A stretch of 64,000 bases of DNA, taken from positions 17,588 to 81,587 of the forward strand of contig JAUXIJ010000003.1 in the NCBI GenBank assembly GCA_030621085.1, given 5' to 3'. Numbering within the stretch: the first letter of the stretch is position 1; every line of letters starts with the position of its first letter. The notes under the pieces are model-generated. The model was not told the DNA's origin. It did no database searches and saw nothing but the letters and a program-made list of their open reading frames with translations. Shown here one piece after another: positions 38,801 through 47,145 of this stretch. Made by a program: the position numbers and the translations under genes. Origin of the DNA: Candidatus Cloacimonadota bacterium (lineage in GTDB: Bacteria; Cloacimonadota; Cloacimonadia; Cloacimonadales; TCS61).

Positions 38801-39113
38801 ATCTATAATTTTCAGAATTTTGAGAAATAAAGAGAATCAGAGCGTTCTTAACTTTTTGGTGTTCAATGAATTTGAAAGCATCTCGTGAAAGTCCGATTCT
38901 GGGATCATTCTCTGAATCGTGATGCATTTCATAAACTTTTAATTTTAAAGTTTCGGAATTTCCGAGATACAAAACATCTTTACCGATGTATTTTGGTTTG
39001 AATTCCGTTTCTGTTTTTTCTGTTATATTTGAGTAATCTTGTGGGAGAAATTGTTGTCTGAAAAAGGTGATCCAGTTTTCCCGATTGTATGGTGCATTGA
39101 AGTTAATAGTCAT
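35865..39113 (-). CDS. Large N6-adenine DNA methyltransferase with C-terminal specificity region (type IIG / PglX / Eco57I-like layout); no nuclease motif recognised
   Basis: 1082 aa. Contains FLNGGLF, PEMLGRIFENLL, TGSYYTPRPIV, DPACGSGAF (37701-37727) and IANPPYG (NPPY at 37035-37046). The C-terminal MVYKLYELTYEEVKIVD is a TaqI_C-like end. Confidence 0.85.
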   Translation of the reverse strand: MTINFNAPYNRENWITFFRQQFLPQDYSNITEKTETEFKPKYIGKDVLYLGNSETLKLKVYEMHHDSENDPRIGLSRDAFKFIEHQKVKNALILFISQNSENYRLSLITRELKLEGKKVTKEFTNPKRYSYFMGPDVKKHTIEEFLVKKGRVKDEEDLKSRFSVEIVNKEFYNNIAKLFTELVGGVRKIGRQTKEFEPLLKLPDTTDHTLMQEFAVRLIGRIVFCWFLKKKKSENGISLIPEEVLSVKAIKDNYYHTVLEPLFFEVMNTKIEERKESISKNEFFKNIPFLNGGLFDPNLHQDYYKYSPMEKVYKPAYDLKIPDDWFVKLFSVLELYNFTIDENTSIDIDLSVDPEMLGRIFENLLAEINPETMATARKATGSYYTPRPIVEYMVDESLIQYLLTNLESCLSEEALQSKSHEESQSVLEQKIRNLLDYTIEENELTKEESLKVIDALDKIKILDPACGSGAFPMGILQKMLLIRQKVDPESIEWVMKQLEMIPDQLVRKTFEDKLMDENWDYKYKMSAILHSIYGVDIQTIAVELSKLRFFLTLMVDETVNDEKPNRGINELPNLSFKFVAANTLIGLPEAEKDEQIGFFDFDSILEPMMKKLEILREQFFYASGKEKAEIEKEFKQTQTEIAQFLSKNRSTNKRAVALTNWNPFADKSSDWFNSKWMFGIEDGFDIVIANPPYGAKIRNNLLQNIRKHIIDTNNSNSAALFIDFGKNKYINSNGILSYIVPKSLLYSQRWFTLVRALIDKTVSLVDVEKAFDNVLLEQVVFIFNNKFSNYQYEATKFINNSFVNSININNDQALNLQAWICDIKLIELEIFNNHFKNDVVYMREISNTKRGIGIQKYLKSSGDYSVIGGKNIAKYIVSGNKGYISSEIIKKSYSKFSFMLQKKIISQDLIAHVQNPFPHIIIMSVLDHEGNIFSVDTVQNTIIMNNNFSEEYILSLLNSKLICWFVYRFIYCSAIRTMHFDKYYIGKIPIKKESEDMQKPFIKLVDQILIDKKSGKDTQHLEAKIDLMVYKLYELTYEEVKIVDENADKVLASFGLSKADYERMSVSGFANLRPDKEEISKT

Positions 39114-39171
39114 GAAATTCCTCTTTTTATAAATCCGATAAGTCTTAATTTTCCAACTTGCGGGGTCGTTT

Positions 39172-40743
39172 TCATTTTTTCATTTTTTCTAATAATATTT
39201 TTCCGAGTTTTGTAATTCGGTATTTTTGATTCGGATCTGTGGGGTTATCAGGATTTGTCATCATGATTAAATTTCCATTTAAAGCTGGTTGTAGATAATT
39301 AATTCTGAAATTCTTTCTATCCTTTAATCCAATTACCTTCATTAATTCAACTCCTGTCAACTCGTCATCATCAACTTGTTTTAGTAGCTTCTGAACTTGA
39401 GGGGTAACTTGAGGGGTAACTTGGGGGGTAACTTGGTGCCGACTTGGTGCCAACTTGGTGCCAACTTGGTCACTAACTTGGTCACTACTTGGTTCCATTT
39501 CAGAATCTGGATGTGGTTTTAGAGTAGTAAGAAAGTATGTTCTATCATTATCAGTTTCGAAAATAGGATCTGGAGATCCATTATTCTTTAGAAAATTTCG
39601 GATCTTGGGAATACCGGTTCCCCTGCCTTCAGTAAGATGAAGTTCCTTGAGGAAATCTCCAATACGGCTGTTGCGGTAATCGCGAGCAACTATTCGATTC
39701 CTTTTCAGCATTTCATTATCAACAGGTGGCATTGGACCGGGAAAAGAGAGAACTTCAATGCAATCCGGTCTGATATTGACCTCTATTGGATTTTCTCTCT
39801 CGTAGCTTTTATGGTAAACAGCATTTGATATGGCTTCTTCTATAGCTTCATAAGGATAATTATAAAACCTATTCGCTTCTGCAACTCCTTCAATTTTTCT
39901 AACTTCTTCTTTAATGAAGTTATTCTTGATATACTCCAATACATTTCTAAGTTGAATTTGAATTGGACCTGTGAAAATCTTTTCATAAAATTTATCTCCT
40001 ATCGAATCTACATATACAACCAATTCAATCTTTGCACCACGAGAGAATTTATGGGGTTCATCTGAAAATAGAAGTAATCCAACATTTAAAGGATGAATAT
40101 CTTCTTTGGGACCTCGTGCAATATTCATTTTGATGCAAAGATCAGCAAAAGGCATCTTGGGGATATCTTCATAAAGAAAGCTTTTAACTTCTTTTAGAAA
40201 TGTGGCAATATTTGTAAGATTTATATCATCCAGGGTTGCTTGTTGATTGATCCTATTATCAAAAGTAACTTTGGCAGTAAGTTCAATCAGTTTTTGAACT
40301 TCTTGATCATTTGCCCTAACTGTGGAAGACATACGTCTGATGTAATAGGGTTTGCTTGTCTTGTCTGAAATTCTTTTTGGAGCTTTATACGGTCGAGTAT
40401 CTCCGGGTGGAGCCCAAACAACAATAATACGTTTTCCATTAATGACCTCTGGGGAAACAGTAGGAAAATAATTTGGAGAAATGTAATAACAAATATTTAA
40501 GAGTTCTTTTTGAATTTTATCAATTTGATTTGTTTGGACACCGGATGGAGGAAGTTTAGCGACACCGTTTTCCTCAGAAACACCAATAATTATATATCCA
40601 CCACCGATGTTGTTAAAATCATTAGCAAAAGCACATATTGTATGCAAAATAGAGTCGGGATTCCAGCCTTCCTTAAACTCGATGCGCTCGCTCTCAATGA
40701 TATTGCCTTTAATTAATTCATCTACATTAATCGGTAAAGCCAT
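39172..40743 (-). CDS. AlbA_2 (divergent AAA / Schlafen-like) + HATPase_c_4 + repeat linker + C-terminal wHTH protein
   Basis: 523 aa. Contains ESERIEFKEGW...ICAFANDFNNIGGGYIIIGV (AlbA_2) and EEAISNAVYHKSY...TEGRGTGIPKI (HATPase_c_4-like). Then a SDQVSDQV...TPQVTPQVTPQV linker and a C-terminal wHTH-like tail (LTGVELMKVIGLKDRKNFRINYLQPAL). Confidence 0.8.
   Translation of the reverse strand: MALPINVDELIKGNIIESERIEFKEGWNPDSILHTICAFANDFNNIGGGYIIIGVSEENGVAKLPPSGVQTNQIDKIQKELLNICYYISPNYFPTVSPEVINGKRIIVVWAPPGDTRPYKAPKRISDKTSKPYYIRRMSSTVRANDQEVQKLIELTAKVTFDNRINQQATLDDINLTNIATFLKEVKSFLYEDIPKMPFADLCIKMNIARGPKEDIHPLNVGLLLFSDEPHKFSRGAKIELVVYVDSIGDKFYEKIFTGPIQIQLRNVLEYIKNNFIKEEVRKIEGVAEANRFYNYPYEAIEEAISNAVYHKSYERENPIEVNIRPDCIEVLSFPGPMPPVDNEMLKRNRIVARDYRNSRIGDFLKELHLTEGRGTGIPKIRNFLKNNGSPDPIFETDNDRTYFLTTLKPHPDSEMEPSSDQVSDQVGTKLAPSRHQVTPQVTPQVTPQVQKLLKQVDDDELTGVELMKVIGLKDRKNFRINYLQPALNGNLIMMTNPDNPTDPNQKYRITKLGKILLEKMKK
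39391..39492. repeat. Tandem array of nine CCAAGTT-core units with 12,12,12,11,11,11,12,12-nt spacing inside the AlbA_2 gene
   Basis: Read directly on the plus strand: aacttg cores at 39394, 39406, 39418, 39430, 39441 (gacttg), 39452, 39463, 39475 and 39487 (tacttg). They encode SDQV x2, GTKL/APSR/HQV (three 11-nt units read in three frames) and TPQV x3. Confidence 0.9.
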
Positions 40744-40754
40744 TTCAAATTCCT

Positions 40755-43700
40755 TTAAATTAATTCTTCCGCAAGAATCAAGGTTTCAGTTCCTTCGTCA
40801 ATTTTATTTGCTGTTTTAATGATCTTTGCCAGGTAAGAATGAGTCACTAATTTCATTAAATCTTCAACGTCTTCATTCAAACTTTCTTCATCTATTTGTC
40901 TGATCATTGTAAAAACACCGTCGGGTAAGCTATTCAATTCCTTTGCAACAAAATACAGGTCGGAAAGATAATCTTTCTTCTCGGGAATCAATTCTATCAA
41001 TTTCTCGATTTTATTGATCGCTTCACCTTTTTTACCCGATGTTGAAACCTGCGTTTTAGAAATGAATATGTTGTCTTTTGTTTGTTGGTAAATTTTCTCA
41101 AATTCCTTTGAAACTTCTTTGGGATTTTCGGAAATTTCAGCTTCAAAAAGTTCAAATCCTTCTTCCACAGATAGAGCAGAGGATTCAGTTTCGCTTGTTC
41201 CCAATCTGAAAGTATAATCTTCTGCTTTCTTCCCAAAAATAATAACTCCGGATTTTGATTTCTTTTCCGTACGTTGAATTCTGGAACGGCGTGGGATGAA
41301 AAGAGCTTTTTCAATTAAGTCTGGTTGAGTTTTTTTCAGATAATACAGATCATCTTGATATTTTGTGTCCCACGATTCCTGTTCCTGAAGTTTTATTGCT
41401 TCGTTATATTTTTTGTAGAAGTAAGAACGCAGTTCTTCATCTTTGGTTAAAACTTTTGTATCTTCACCCAAGAGAGCGTCTATCATTGCTTTCTTAAGAG
41501 TGGAAATTTGTTTTTTCCTAATTTCCTTTTCACCGATATCAGTTGGAAAATAATTGTAAATGTAGAGTTTATCGAAAAGCATTTTGCCAATCCTGTTAAT
41601 TCTTCCGACTCTTTGAATTACCCTTGTGGGATTATACGGAATATCATAATTGAAAACAGTTCCTGCTCTGTTTAGATTTACACCTTCGGAAAGTGCATCT
41701 GTTGCGATTATAATGTCATAATCGTCTTTTTGAATTTTGTTGGAAGCATCGAAATTTTCTCTTATGTTTTTTTTATTTTTAGCGGATGATACGCTTGAGG
41801 AAAAATAAAACGCTCTGATATTTTTATCTTTTTTAATTTCTTCAAATACATATTTCGCAGTATCGGTATATTCGCTGAAAACAATAATCTTTCTTTTGGG
41901 AGCAGTTTTTAATTGTTTTTTAATTTCAATTTTGAAATTTTCCAGTTTTCGGTCAGATTGAATCCCATCTTCAAACCAATCTTTTCTAATGCTTTTTAGC
42001 AGATTCAAATCCTGATTCAAGTCTTTGATAAAATCTTCTTTCAAGTCATCTTTGGGAATAAAGAACAGACCTTTCTCATATTGTTTTTCCAGTTCTTTTT
42101 CAAAATTATATTTTTCCAGATCATTCTTAATATCTTCACCTAAATCTTTAAATGAATCGATGTCCGGTAAATTACCTTTCTTAAAAACAGGAACTTTGGC
42201 AGCTTTTTCATAATATTTTTTTATAGATTCCATTGATTTTATCATCGAATTCAGAGTGCAACGAAAAGCATTTACGGAACTTTCAAAACGAGAAACCAGC
42301 AGTCTTCTCATAAAATCTGCAAGATTGGATTGAGCAACGCGTATTGCATCAGCATCGATGAGTTGGTGTTCGGCTTTCAAGCTTTTCTTAAATTTCGCTA
42401 AATCTTTCAAGTAATTTACAGGTTTGTATCTAGCTCCTATGAATTCGATTTTATCCTTTTGCTTTTCTTTCTTTTTTTTGGATTCTTCAGGATAAATTGT
42501 ATTTAGTGTTTTTAGATATAATTCTGATAGATCACCCAGATAATATTCTTTTTCGATGGGAACTTCAGCAAACACATATCTGAAACCTTGTTTCTTCAAA
42601 TCGTTTTTATATTCTTTAATTTTATCCAGGTCAATTCGTGAGCGCCTGATAAGAACAGGTTCTAGAATATGTCTAATATCTTTTGCCAGAACTTGAATTC
42701 TTTTTTTCAGCTTTGCTTCATCAACATCCTTCTTTTTTCTCTCTTGGTTTATCGCTCTATATTCTTTGATCATTTTCTGAAATTGAAAGGAAAGATTATC
42801 AACCGTACGGATCGTTGATTTGGAAGGGATTTGAAAAAGTTTTATCATCGCAAAAATATCTTGCGGACGGTTGTTGAAGGGAGTTGCAGTAAGAAGCATT
42901 ACTTTATTTCCCTGGCAAAGTTTGTGCAAATTTATGTAGTCATCCGTGTTTTCATTTCTAAATTTGTGAGCTTCATCAACTATTATCAGAACTTCTTCAT
43001 CGTTCCAGACATTCTGCAAATGATCAAGAGCTTTATGAATCGAACCTGTTCCGAAAACGACAGCATTAAAATTAAAAATGGTTCGGTATTCTTTGTCCCA
43101 TTGATGATGCAAAGTTGGTGGAGCAATGATAATAACCTTCTTTCGCATATTATATGCTACTGTTGAAGCAATGATACTTTTACCAAGACCTACGACATCA
43201 GAAATTAAAACTCCGTTATGCTGTTCGATAATTTGGATAGATTTCTTTATTGCATCAATTTGATATTTGAGATTAAAAAATTGCCCATCTGTAATTTCAT
43301 CTGGAAGAGCAATTTCACCAGACTCTTTTATTGAAAAATATTCTATTAAAACCCTGATATAAAAATAATATGGTTTATAAAGTTTATCAATCCACACTTT
43401 TTCTACAACTTCTTCAATGAATTCGTCCAGATTTCCTTCGTTTACAATATCGATAGCTGTCTCCCACAATTCATCAAAAATTCTTTTTCCTTCCGGATAT
43501 TCATCTCGTAAAATTACATTGATTTCGTGCTGTCCCTTCAAACCTGCTCTTGTTAAATTACTTGAACCGGTTATCATTGTTCCTGGATTTAAGCCATTTT
43601 GGCTGAACTCTTCTTTATGTTCGAACAGATATAGTTTTGCGTGATTGGGGTGTTCTGTTTTTCTTATTTCAAGAGATCCATCTTTTATCTTATTAATGAA

Positions 43701-44033
43701 AATTCTAAATGCTTCCTGCTTTTCTTCGGAATCAAAGTAATCGGTATCATTAAAAATCTCAACAAAAGACCTATAGTAGCTTTTTTTAATTTCTAATCTG
43801 GATTGATTAATTTCCTGAATTATAGTGAATTCTTTAATTTTATTGTAAATATTTTTTTCGATATTCATTCCAACTAATATCTTCAATTGTTTATCATCAA
43901 TGTTTTTATAAATTTGCTCGAAACCTGAGAAATAGAAATACCCTACAAGAAAAAACAATTTATTAGAGCTAGGTAGAATATTATCGATTATTTCAGATAA
44001 AAACTCTTTCTGGTTTGTAACTAGTTTTGCCAT
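40755..44033 (-). CDS. PLD-family (single HKD) nuclease domain fused to SNF2-family helicase/translocase
   Basis: 1092 aa. HKD motif HAKLYLFE plus ITGSSNLTRAGL (H131 codon 43641-43643). SNF2 motifs VVGLGKSIIA, IIVDEAHKFRN, LLTATPFNN, ATDALSEGVNL and VIQRVGRINRIG. About 250 aa of the C-terminus is unassigned. Confidence 0.85.
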   Translation of the reverse strand: MAKLVTNQKEFLSEIIDNILPSSNKLFFLVGYFYFSGFEQIYKNIDDKQLKILVGMNIEKNIYNKIKEFTIIQEINQSRLEIKKSYYRSFVEIFNDTDYFDSEEKQEAFRIFINKIKDGSLEIRKTEHPNHAKLYLFEHKEEFSQNGLNPGTMITGSSNLTRAGLKGQHEINVILRDEYPEGKRIFDELWETAIDIVNEGNLDEFIEEVVEKVWIDKLYKPYYFYIRVLIEYFSIKESGEIALPDEITDGQFFNLKYQIDAIKKSIQIIEQHNGVLISDVVGLGKSIIASTVAYNMRKKVIIIAPPTLHHQWDKEYRTIFNFNAVVFGTGSIHKALDHLQNVWNDEEVLIIVDEAHKFRNENTDDYINLHKLCQGNKVMLLTATPFNNRPQDIFAMIKLFQIPSKSTIRTVDNLSFQFQKMIKEYRAINQERKKKDVDEAKLKKRIQVLAKDIRHILEPVLIRRSRIDLDKIKEYKNDLKKQGFRYVFAEVPIEKEYYLGDLSELYLKTLNTIYPEESKKKKEKQKDKIEFIGARYKPVNYLKDLAKFKKSLKAEHQLIDADAIRVAQSNLADFMRRLLVSRFESSVNAFRCTLNSMIKSMESIKKYYEKAAKVPVFKKGNLPDIDSFKDLGEDIKNDLEKYNFEKELEKQYEKGLFFIPKDDLKEDFIKDLNQDLNLLKSIRKDWFEDGIQSDRKLENFKIEIKKQLKTAPKRKIIVFSEYTDTAKYVFEEIKKDKNIRAFYFSSSVSSAKNKKNIRENFDASNKIQKDDYDIIIATDALSEGVNLNRAGTVFNYDIPYNPTRVIQRVGRINRIGKMLFDKLYIYNYFPTDIGEKEIRKKQISTLKKAMIDALLGEDTKVLTKDEELRSYFYKKYNEAIKLQEQESWDTKYQDDLYYLKKTQPDLIEKALFIPRRSRIQRTEKKSKSGVIIFGKKAEDYTFRLGTSETESSALSVEEGFELFEAEISENPKEVSKEFEKIYQQTKDNIFISKTQVSTSGKKGEAINKIEKLIELIPEKKDYLSDLYFVAKELNSLPDGVFTMIRQIDEESLNEDVEDLMKLVTHSYLAKIIKTANKIDEGTETLILAEELI

Positions 44034-44068
44034 CTTTTAGCATCCTTTTTTATATTTAAAATTCATAG

Positions 44069-45262
44069 CTAATTCTTCTTTTTATATTCTTCCAATCCCT
44101 TCCTCAGGATATTCATAGCTTTTTTTAGGTTATTTTCATTGAGTACATAAGCAATTCTAATCTCATTTATGCCAATTCCTGAGCTTGCATAAAATCCCTG
44201 AGCAGGAGCGAACATAACTGTTTCATTATCTATGGAGAAATCTTCTAACAACCATCTGGCAAAATCTTCGGCGTCCCCTATCGGCAGTTTGGCGATTATA
44301 TAGAATGCACCTTTAGGTTTTATGCACACTATTCCATCAATTTTCCGGAGTTCATCATAAACTATATTTCTGCGTTTGTTGTACTCTTCCAAAATTGTTT
44401 TAAAATATTCTTCTTCAATATCTATGCAGGCGTTTGCTGCAAGTTGGTCTATCGTGGGTGGGCAGAGTCTTGCCTGGGCAAATTTTATTACCGAGGATAT
44501 GAGCTCCTTATTTCTTGAAACCAGGCATCCGATCCTGGCACCGCAGGCACTATATCTTTTGGAAATACTATCCACCATAATAGCTTTATCTTCTATGCCT
44601 TTTATATCCAGAATACTTGTATGAGAAAGGCCATCGTATACGAACTCACGATAAACTTCATCTGATATCACAAAAAGGTTATGTACTTTTGCGATTTCTG
44701 CCACATTTTCCAGATCCTCTTTTAAATATACAGCTCCCGTGGGATTCCCGGGATTACACAGCATAATTGCCTTTGTTCGGGGAGTTATAAGTGATTCGAT
44801 TTTTTCATTGGAAGAAAGCCTGAAGCCTTGTTCTGCGAAAGTTGTTAAGGGAATTATTTTCACACCTGTCATAGTGGAAAAGCCATTGTAGTTTGTATAG
44901 AATGGTTCGGGAATAATGATCTCATCACCATGATTACAGGCAGCCAGCATGGCAAAAATAATCGCTTCCGAGCCGGCTGTGGTTACTATTATGTCATCAA
45001 TATCTATGTTTATACCGTGTCTGTCATAATATTTTACCAGGCTCTCACGATAGATCTCCAGACCCTGAGAAGGACCATATGCCAGGACTTTTTCATGATA
45101 ATTAGCATAAACATCCAGCATCTCTTTGGGTGTTTCAATATCAGGTTGACCGATATTCAAATGGTAAATTTTTATCCCTCTTTTTTTAGCTGCATTGGCA
45201 AAAGGCATAAGCTTCCTGATAGGTGATGCTTGCACATTAATTGCTCTATTTGAAAGTTTCAT
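44069..45262 (-). CDS. Class I/II pyridoxal-phosphate aminotransferase (aspartate aminotransferase-like)
   Basis: 397 aa. Contains LCNPGNPTG and DSISKRYSACGARIG (the PLP lysine region). Confidence 0.85.
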   Translation of the reverse strand: MKLSNRAINVQASPIRKLMPFANAAKKRGIKIYHLNIGQPDIETPKEMLDVYANYHEKVLAYGPSQGLEIYRESLVKYYDRHGINIDIDDIIVTTAGSEAIIFAMLAACNHGDEIIIPEPFYTNYNGFSTMTGVKIIPLTTFAEQGFRLSSNEKIESLITPRTKAIMLCNPGNPTGAVYLKEDLENVAEIAKVHNLFVISDEVYREFVYDGLSHTSILDIKGIEDKAIMVDSISKRYSACGARIGCLVSRNKELISSVIKFAQARLCPPTIDQLAANACIDIEEEYFKTILEEYNKRRNIVYDELRKIDGIVCIKPKGAFYIIAKLPIGDAEDFARWLLEDFSIDNETVMFAPAQGFYASSGIGINEIRIAYVLNENNLKKAMNILRKGLEEYKKKN

Positions 45263-45300
45263 TTTATCCTCACTTTCATGAAATTTTTTAATATTTTTCT

Positions 45301-45388
45301 GTCATTCTCGTGAAAGCATGTCCTCGAGAAATCGGGGACGGGAATCTGTTAATAATAATTTTAGATTCCCAATTGAATTGGGAATGAC
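45301..45388. repeat. REP/MITE-like nested palindromic intergenic element
   Basis: The unit gtcattctcg...cgggaatct (45301-45347) faces an inverted shorter unit agattcccaattgaattgggaatgac (45363-45388). The termini gtcattc/gaatgac and the internal gggaatct/agattccc are reverse complements. Confidence 0.6.
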
Positions 45389-45412
45389 AAAGAATTAGAA
45401 ATGATAATGTTT

Positions 45413-46015
45413 TCATAGTTTGTTTTGCTCTGCTAAATTCTCCATTGCTTTCTGTACTTCCTGCACTTTAGTTTTGATCTCATCTTTGGAATTAACAAAG
45501 ATAGGTTCACCATACGTTACATATACTCGGCTGAACAATTTTGGCAGACGGAACCTGTCCCAAGAATTAAAGACCTTTTCCCATCTAATATCCACAGCAA
45601 TCGGAATGATAGGTTTCCCTGTGAAATAAGATAAGAAAACAACTCCATTTTTAACCTTTTCGCCTGGACCTTTTGGGCCATCAGGCGTGATGGCAATACA
45701 ATGGTCTTGTGATAGTTTAACCAGTTTTTTCATTGCCGAACTTCCACCACGACGAGATGAGCCGCGGGATGTAAGATAGCCCAATACATGTGCAGGATTT
45801 GCTATAAGGTCACCATCCTTTGAATTGGAGATCAAGATCACTGCTTTTTCAAATTTATGCAGGAATAAAAGTGAGATCATATTCCTGTGCCAGAAAGCGT
45901 AAATAACATTACCTTCCGGTGGGGGAGTGCGCAATTTATAACGTAATGTGCTTCCCAAAATTAAAACAAATAATGCAACTGAATATTTTTCCAGGAAAAA
46001 GAGGATTTTACGCAT
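45413..46015 (-). CDS. DUF374-type lysophospholipid acyltransferase family protein
   Basis: Track ORF extends to 46078, but Met22 (MRKILFFLEKY, cat at 46013-46015) gives an 8-nt overlap with the lpxB stop. Contains SKDGDLIA, RGSSRRGG and ITPDGPKGP motifs. Confidence 0.75.
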   Translation of the reverse strand: MRKILFFLEKYSVALFVLILGSTLRYKLRTPPPEGNVIYAFWHRNMISLLFLHKFEKAVILISNSKDGDLIANPAHVLGYLTSRGSSRRGGSSAMKKLVKLSQDHCIAITPDGPKGPGEKVKNGVVFLSYFTGKPIIPIAVDIRWEKVFNSWDRFRLPKLFSRVYVTYGEPIFVNSKDEIKTKVQEVQKAMENLAEQNKL

Positions 46016-47144
46016 ATAACATTCTCTCGATGATGTTTGCTGTTTCAACCGATGTGGATCGACTGCCCAGCACTTCATGTAGGTTTTTCAATTCTGAGGA
46101 AATTCGATCGTATTCTTCAGGAGAATCCAGGATAGACTTTGCCATATTATAAATACGTTCCCCACTGGCTTCATCCTGGATCAACTCGGGGATAATGTCT
46201 TTATCCAGCACAATATTGGGTAAACCGATACGACCGATCTTGATGAACCGCTTTCCCAGTTCATACGATGATTTGCTGGTTTTGTATACGATTATAAATG
46301 GTGTGCCTGTATAAGCCGTTTCAATGGTTGCTGTGCCGGAAGTGACTACAAGTAGATCACAGTGTTTCATCATTTCATAGTTCTTGTGTTCAATGATTCT
46401 TATGTTTTTCACACCGCTTATCTTAATTATTTTTTTCAAAAGTCTATCGGATACAGTGGGAGCTTTTGAGATAAGGAATTCATATTTAGAATGATCGAAT
46501 TTTTTTATTGCTTCCAAATATTCAGGGAGCATTTTTTTTATCTCGATATTTCTGCTTCCGGGCAGGAAACCTATCCATTTCTTATCTTGTGCTAACGAGT
46601 TATGTTTTGCCATTTCATCCCGCGAGAGTTTAACTTCTATCTCTTCTGAAATGGGATGACCTACATAGGTTGCTTTGATGAGATGTTTTTGAAAATATTT
46701 TCCTTCGAATGGTAAAATATAGGCAATGTGATCTGTATATTTTTTTAGTTTGAATATCCTGTTATATTTCCAAGCCCAGAACTGCGGACAGATGAAATAC
46801 AGAACAGGAATGTTCATTTTAGAAGCTATTTTTGCTATTCGCATGTTAAGCCCGGGATAATCTACCAAAATTACCAGATCGGGTGGGGTAGATAAGAATA
46901 TTTCGTTTATTTTTTTTTCTACTTTCAGGAAAAATGAGATGTGTTTCACTACTTCAATGAAACCCATCACAGAAAAGCGCTGGAAAGAGAAGACAGGTTG
47001 AAATCCGTATGCTTCCATCTTGCTTCCACCTATACCAGAGTTATCAATTTGGAGTTCCCGTTTTTTCAGCTCCTTTAGAACGATGGAAGCATGCAGGTCA
47101 CCGGAATTTTCACCAGCTATCCAGAAGATTCTTTTATTACTCAT
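46008..47144 (-). CDS. lpxB: Lipid-A-disaccharide synthase
   Basis: 378 aa. IFWIAGENSGDLHAS N-terminus, DYPGLNMR and SGTATIETAYTGTPFIIVYK. Confidence 0.9.
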   Translation of the reverse strand: MSNKRIFWIAGENSGDLHASIVLKELKKRELQIDNSGIGGSKMEAYGFQPVFSFQRFSVMGFIEVVKHISFFLKVEKKINEIFLSTPPDLVILVDYPGLNMRIAKIASKMNIPVLYFICPQFWAWKYNRIFKLKKYTDHIAYILPFEGKYFQKHLIKATYVGHPISEEIEVKLSRDEMAKHNSLAQDKKWIGFLPGSRNIEIKKMLPEYLEAIKKFDHSKYEFLISKAPTVSDRLLKKIIKISGVKNIRIIEHKNYEMMKHCDLLVVTSGTATIETAYTGTPFIIVYKTSKSSYELGKRFIKIGRIGLPNIVLDKDIIPELIQDEASGERIYNMAKSILDSPEEYDRISSELKNLHEVLGSRSTSVETANIIERMLYA

Positions 47145-47145
47145 T

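Noticed and set aside
39391-39492. The 11-12-nt periodic repeat as a CRISPR-like or other non-coding array
   Set aside because: The units are far too short and have no spacers. The array lies in frame within a continuous 523-aa ORF whose flanking domains are intact.
35865-44033. Classifying island 2 as DISARM class 1, BREX or Type ISP/III R-M
   Set aside because: - No DrmA/DrmB (DUF1998) genes, so not DISARM.
- No PglZ, BrxC or BrxL, so not BREX.
- The helicase and methyltransferase are separate polypeptides, the helicase is SNF2-type with a PLD nuclease, and there is no Res/Mod-type pairing.

The resemblance is kept only as context.
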